Positions 62,246 to 64,000 of a DNA stretch of 64,000 nt are shown here, piece by piece (position 1 is the stretch's first letter; each line of letters opens with the position of its first letter). The notes under the pieces were generated by a model. That model was not told where the DNA came from and did no database searches. It was given only the letters and a program-made list of their open reading frames with translations. Made by a program: the position numbers and the translations under genes. The stretch is from Squalus acanthias (taxonomy: Eukaryota): the NCBI GenBank assembly GCA_030390025.1, contig CM059432.1, positions 15,998,001-16,062,000 on the forward strand, given 5' to 3'.

Positions 62246-63738
62246 AGTTCAGGACAGAAACATAAATTAAGAGCCTGTCAATGACATCACTGTTTTATAA
62301 TTCACCAATGGGTATGATTATTCCCGATATTCAATGATTTCTCTATCTGAGAGAGACTTTCAGCAGCAATAAAATTGAAACTGAATGTTAAAATAATGCA
62401 AAGTCTCTGCTATCCCTTTGCCTTTAAGTTTATTAACTCCAGATCCCCAACCCCACCCGAATCTTCCTTCTGATTTTCTCCCCTTACCCGTTTCTCGGCT
62501 GACGGTGGTAATTCTTTGCTGCCATTGATCGTGTCCCACAGCCTGCCCTAGAACACCCTGCTCCCATTGATGGTATCGGGGACCTCCCCCTCCCCTCCCC
62601 TCCCCCTCGTGTTCCCCTGCTGTCTGTGGCCTGCCAGAGTCGCAGATTCAAGCAATTCGAATAATTGTGCCCTGTGCCTGATGGTACACGTGCAGAGTGT
62701 CAAAGTGCCGCCAGAACTTTTAGTTCTAGTTTTCAATCAAGAAAGTTACTGGATAATGTGATTGGGCTGTTCGAGTGGGGGGGGGGGCTATTGCATAAGA
62801 ATCAGGAGTAGAAATCCTGATCATTTTTTCCCTATATTGAAGTCAATTGACGCATCACCAAACACTGGCCTCACCCAGTAAGGACCAGCTATCTCAGCAC
62901 AAACTAAAGATGGACCCTAAACGTCCTCTGATCCACGTGGTTCAGTATCCCACCGCTGAATTCAATCTACCCATTGAACTGTGCAGTCAGCGGAGCTGAG
63001 CTTGCTTTCCATTAAAAAAGAATCTAGTTAAATAGCAATAATAAACAGACTTTAAAATCACATAAATCATGTTTCATAAATAAATCTTCCATGAGTGTAA
63101 ATCAGACCAGAACATTCATGCACAGAGGTGCAGAGGCACCTTATTCAGAGGGGAGGGCAGGAACAGAAGGACGGACACGTTAACTTTATCCAGTCACGGG
63201 CTAGTTACAGAGTTGCATTGGGAGCAGCTGGGAGAAGACTATCTAAAAACAAAAGGGAAGAGGAAATAACAAAAGCGGATTGACAAAAACTTCAGGTATC
63301 TACGTAGGGGCTCACAAAGTTACCGTTAAAGCTGTCTTTGAGATGATATTACAAAATTGCTCGTTACATGCCATCTTATTGCATCCGGCATTCACCTTGC
63401 AAACGCAAGCTTTTAATGCCTGCTGCCTCAGTCAATCTAACGACTATGTTCCAATGATCCACTGCTAGCTATAAAACTGTTAAGAAGATGCTGTGCTGAC
63501 CGGCAACTGTTTCATGGAAAAGAGAGTCACATCATGCCCCAAGACGCCCATCAGTCAGATTCTAGTGCTTTTCGCTTCCTCACTCAATCCATTACTGGGC
63601 CAAAGAGTGCATTACAGTCCACATCATATAAAAAAGGAAAATACTCAGACAGAGACCTGCTAATTAAACAGGTCAGCCTAACCTCCCGATTGTTGTACTG
63701 TAGGAGTTGTATTACTGTCTAATAGTCTTGTAGTTATA

Positions 63739-64000
63739 AAAGAAAGACTTGCATTTACACAGCACCTTTCACAACCTCAGGACGTCCCAAAGCGCTTTAC
63801 GGCCAACGAAGTACTTTTGGAGTGTAGTCACTGTTGTAATGTAGGAAACGCGGAGCCAATTTGCACACAGCAAGATCCCACAAACAGCAATATGTTAATG
63901 ACCGTATAATTTGTTTTTCGGTGATGTTGGTTGAGGGATAATTATTGGCCAGGACACCGGGCAGAGCAGCCCTGCTCTTCTTTGAAATGGTGCCACGGGA
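63739..64000 (-). mobile_element. DeuSINE 3' half, cut by the window end
   Basis: aaagaaagacttgcattta...ggtgccacggga. Confidence 0.85.

Overview
Vertebrate nuclear DNA from a cartilaginous fish; the repeat complement (Deu-domain SacSINE1-type SINEs, shark-type CR1 and Penelope-like elements) points to a shark. The whole window appears to lie inside one minus-strand gene, ARHGAP28 (RhoGAP of the ARHGAP18/28/40 family). I can place six coding exons with canonical AG/GT borders and consistent phases: 41423-41227, 38400-38183, 12614-12524, 6313-6153, 5247-5082 and 2636-2545. The first exon and the rest of the RhoGAP domain were not found and probably lie outside the window. The introns are dense with decayed mobile elements: CR1 LINEs, a second CR1/L2-group LINE with a partner SINE, three other SINE types, Penelope-like remnants with hammerhead-ribozyme cores, a Harbinger remnant with related MITEs, a hAT MITE and RTE-derived short elements. 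Almost all ORFs in the supplied track are TE fragments or noise. I found no convincing wholly new protein-coding system. The best leads are the intronic hammerhead cores, a perfect 61-bp hairpin inserted at the start codon of a bipartite RTE element, an LF-SINE-like element in a shark, and a minisatellite seeded inside a SINE. Family names come from recalled consensus sequences, not database searches, and repeat boundaries are approximate unless TSDs/TIRs are given.
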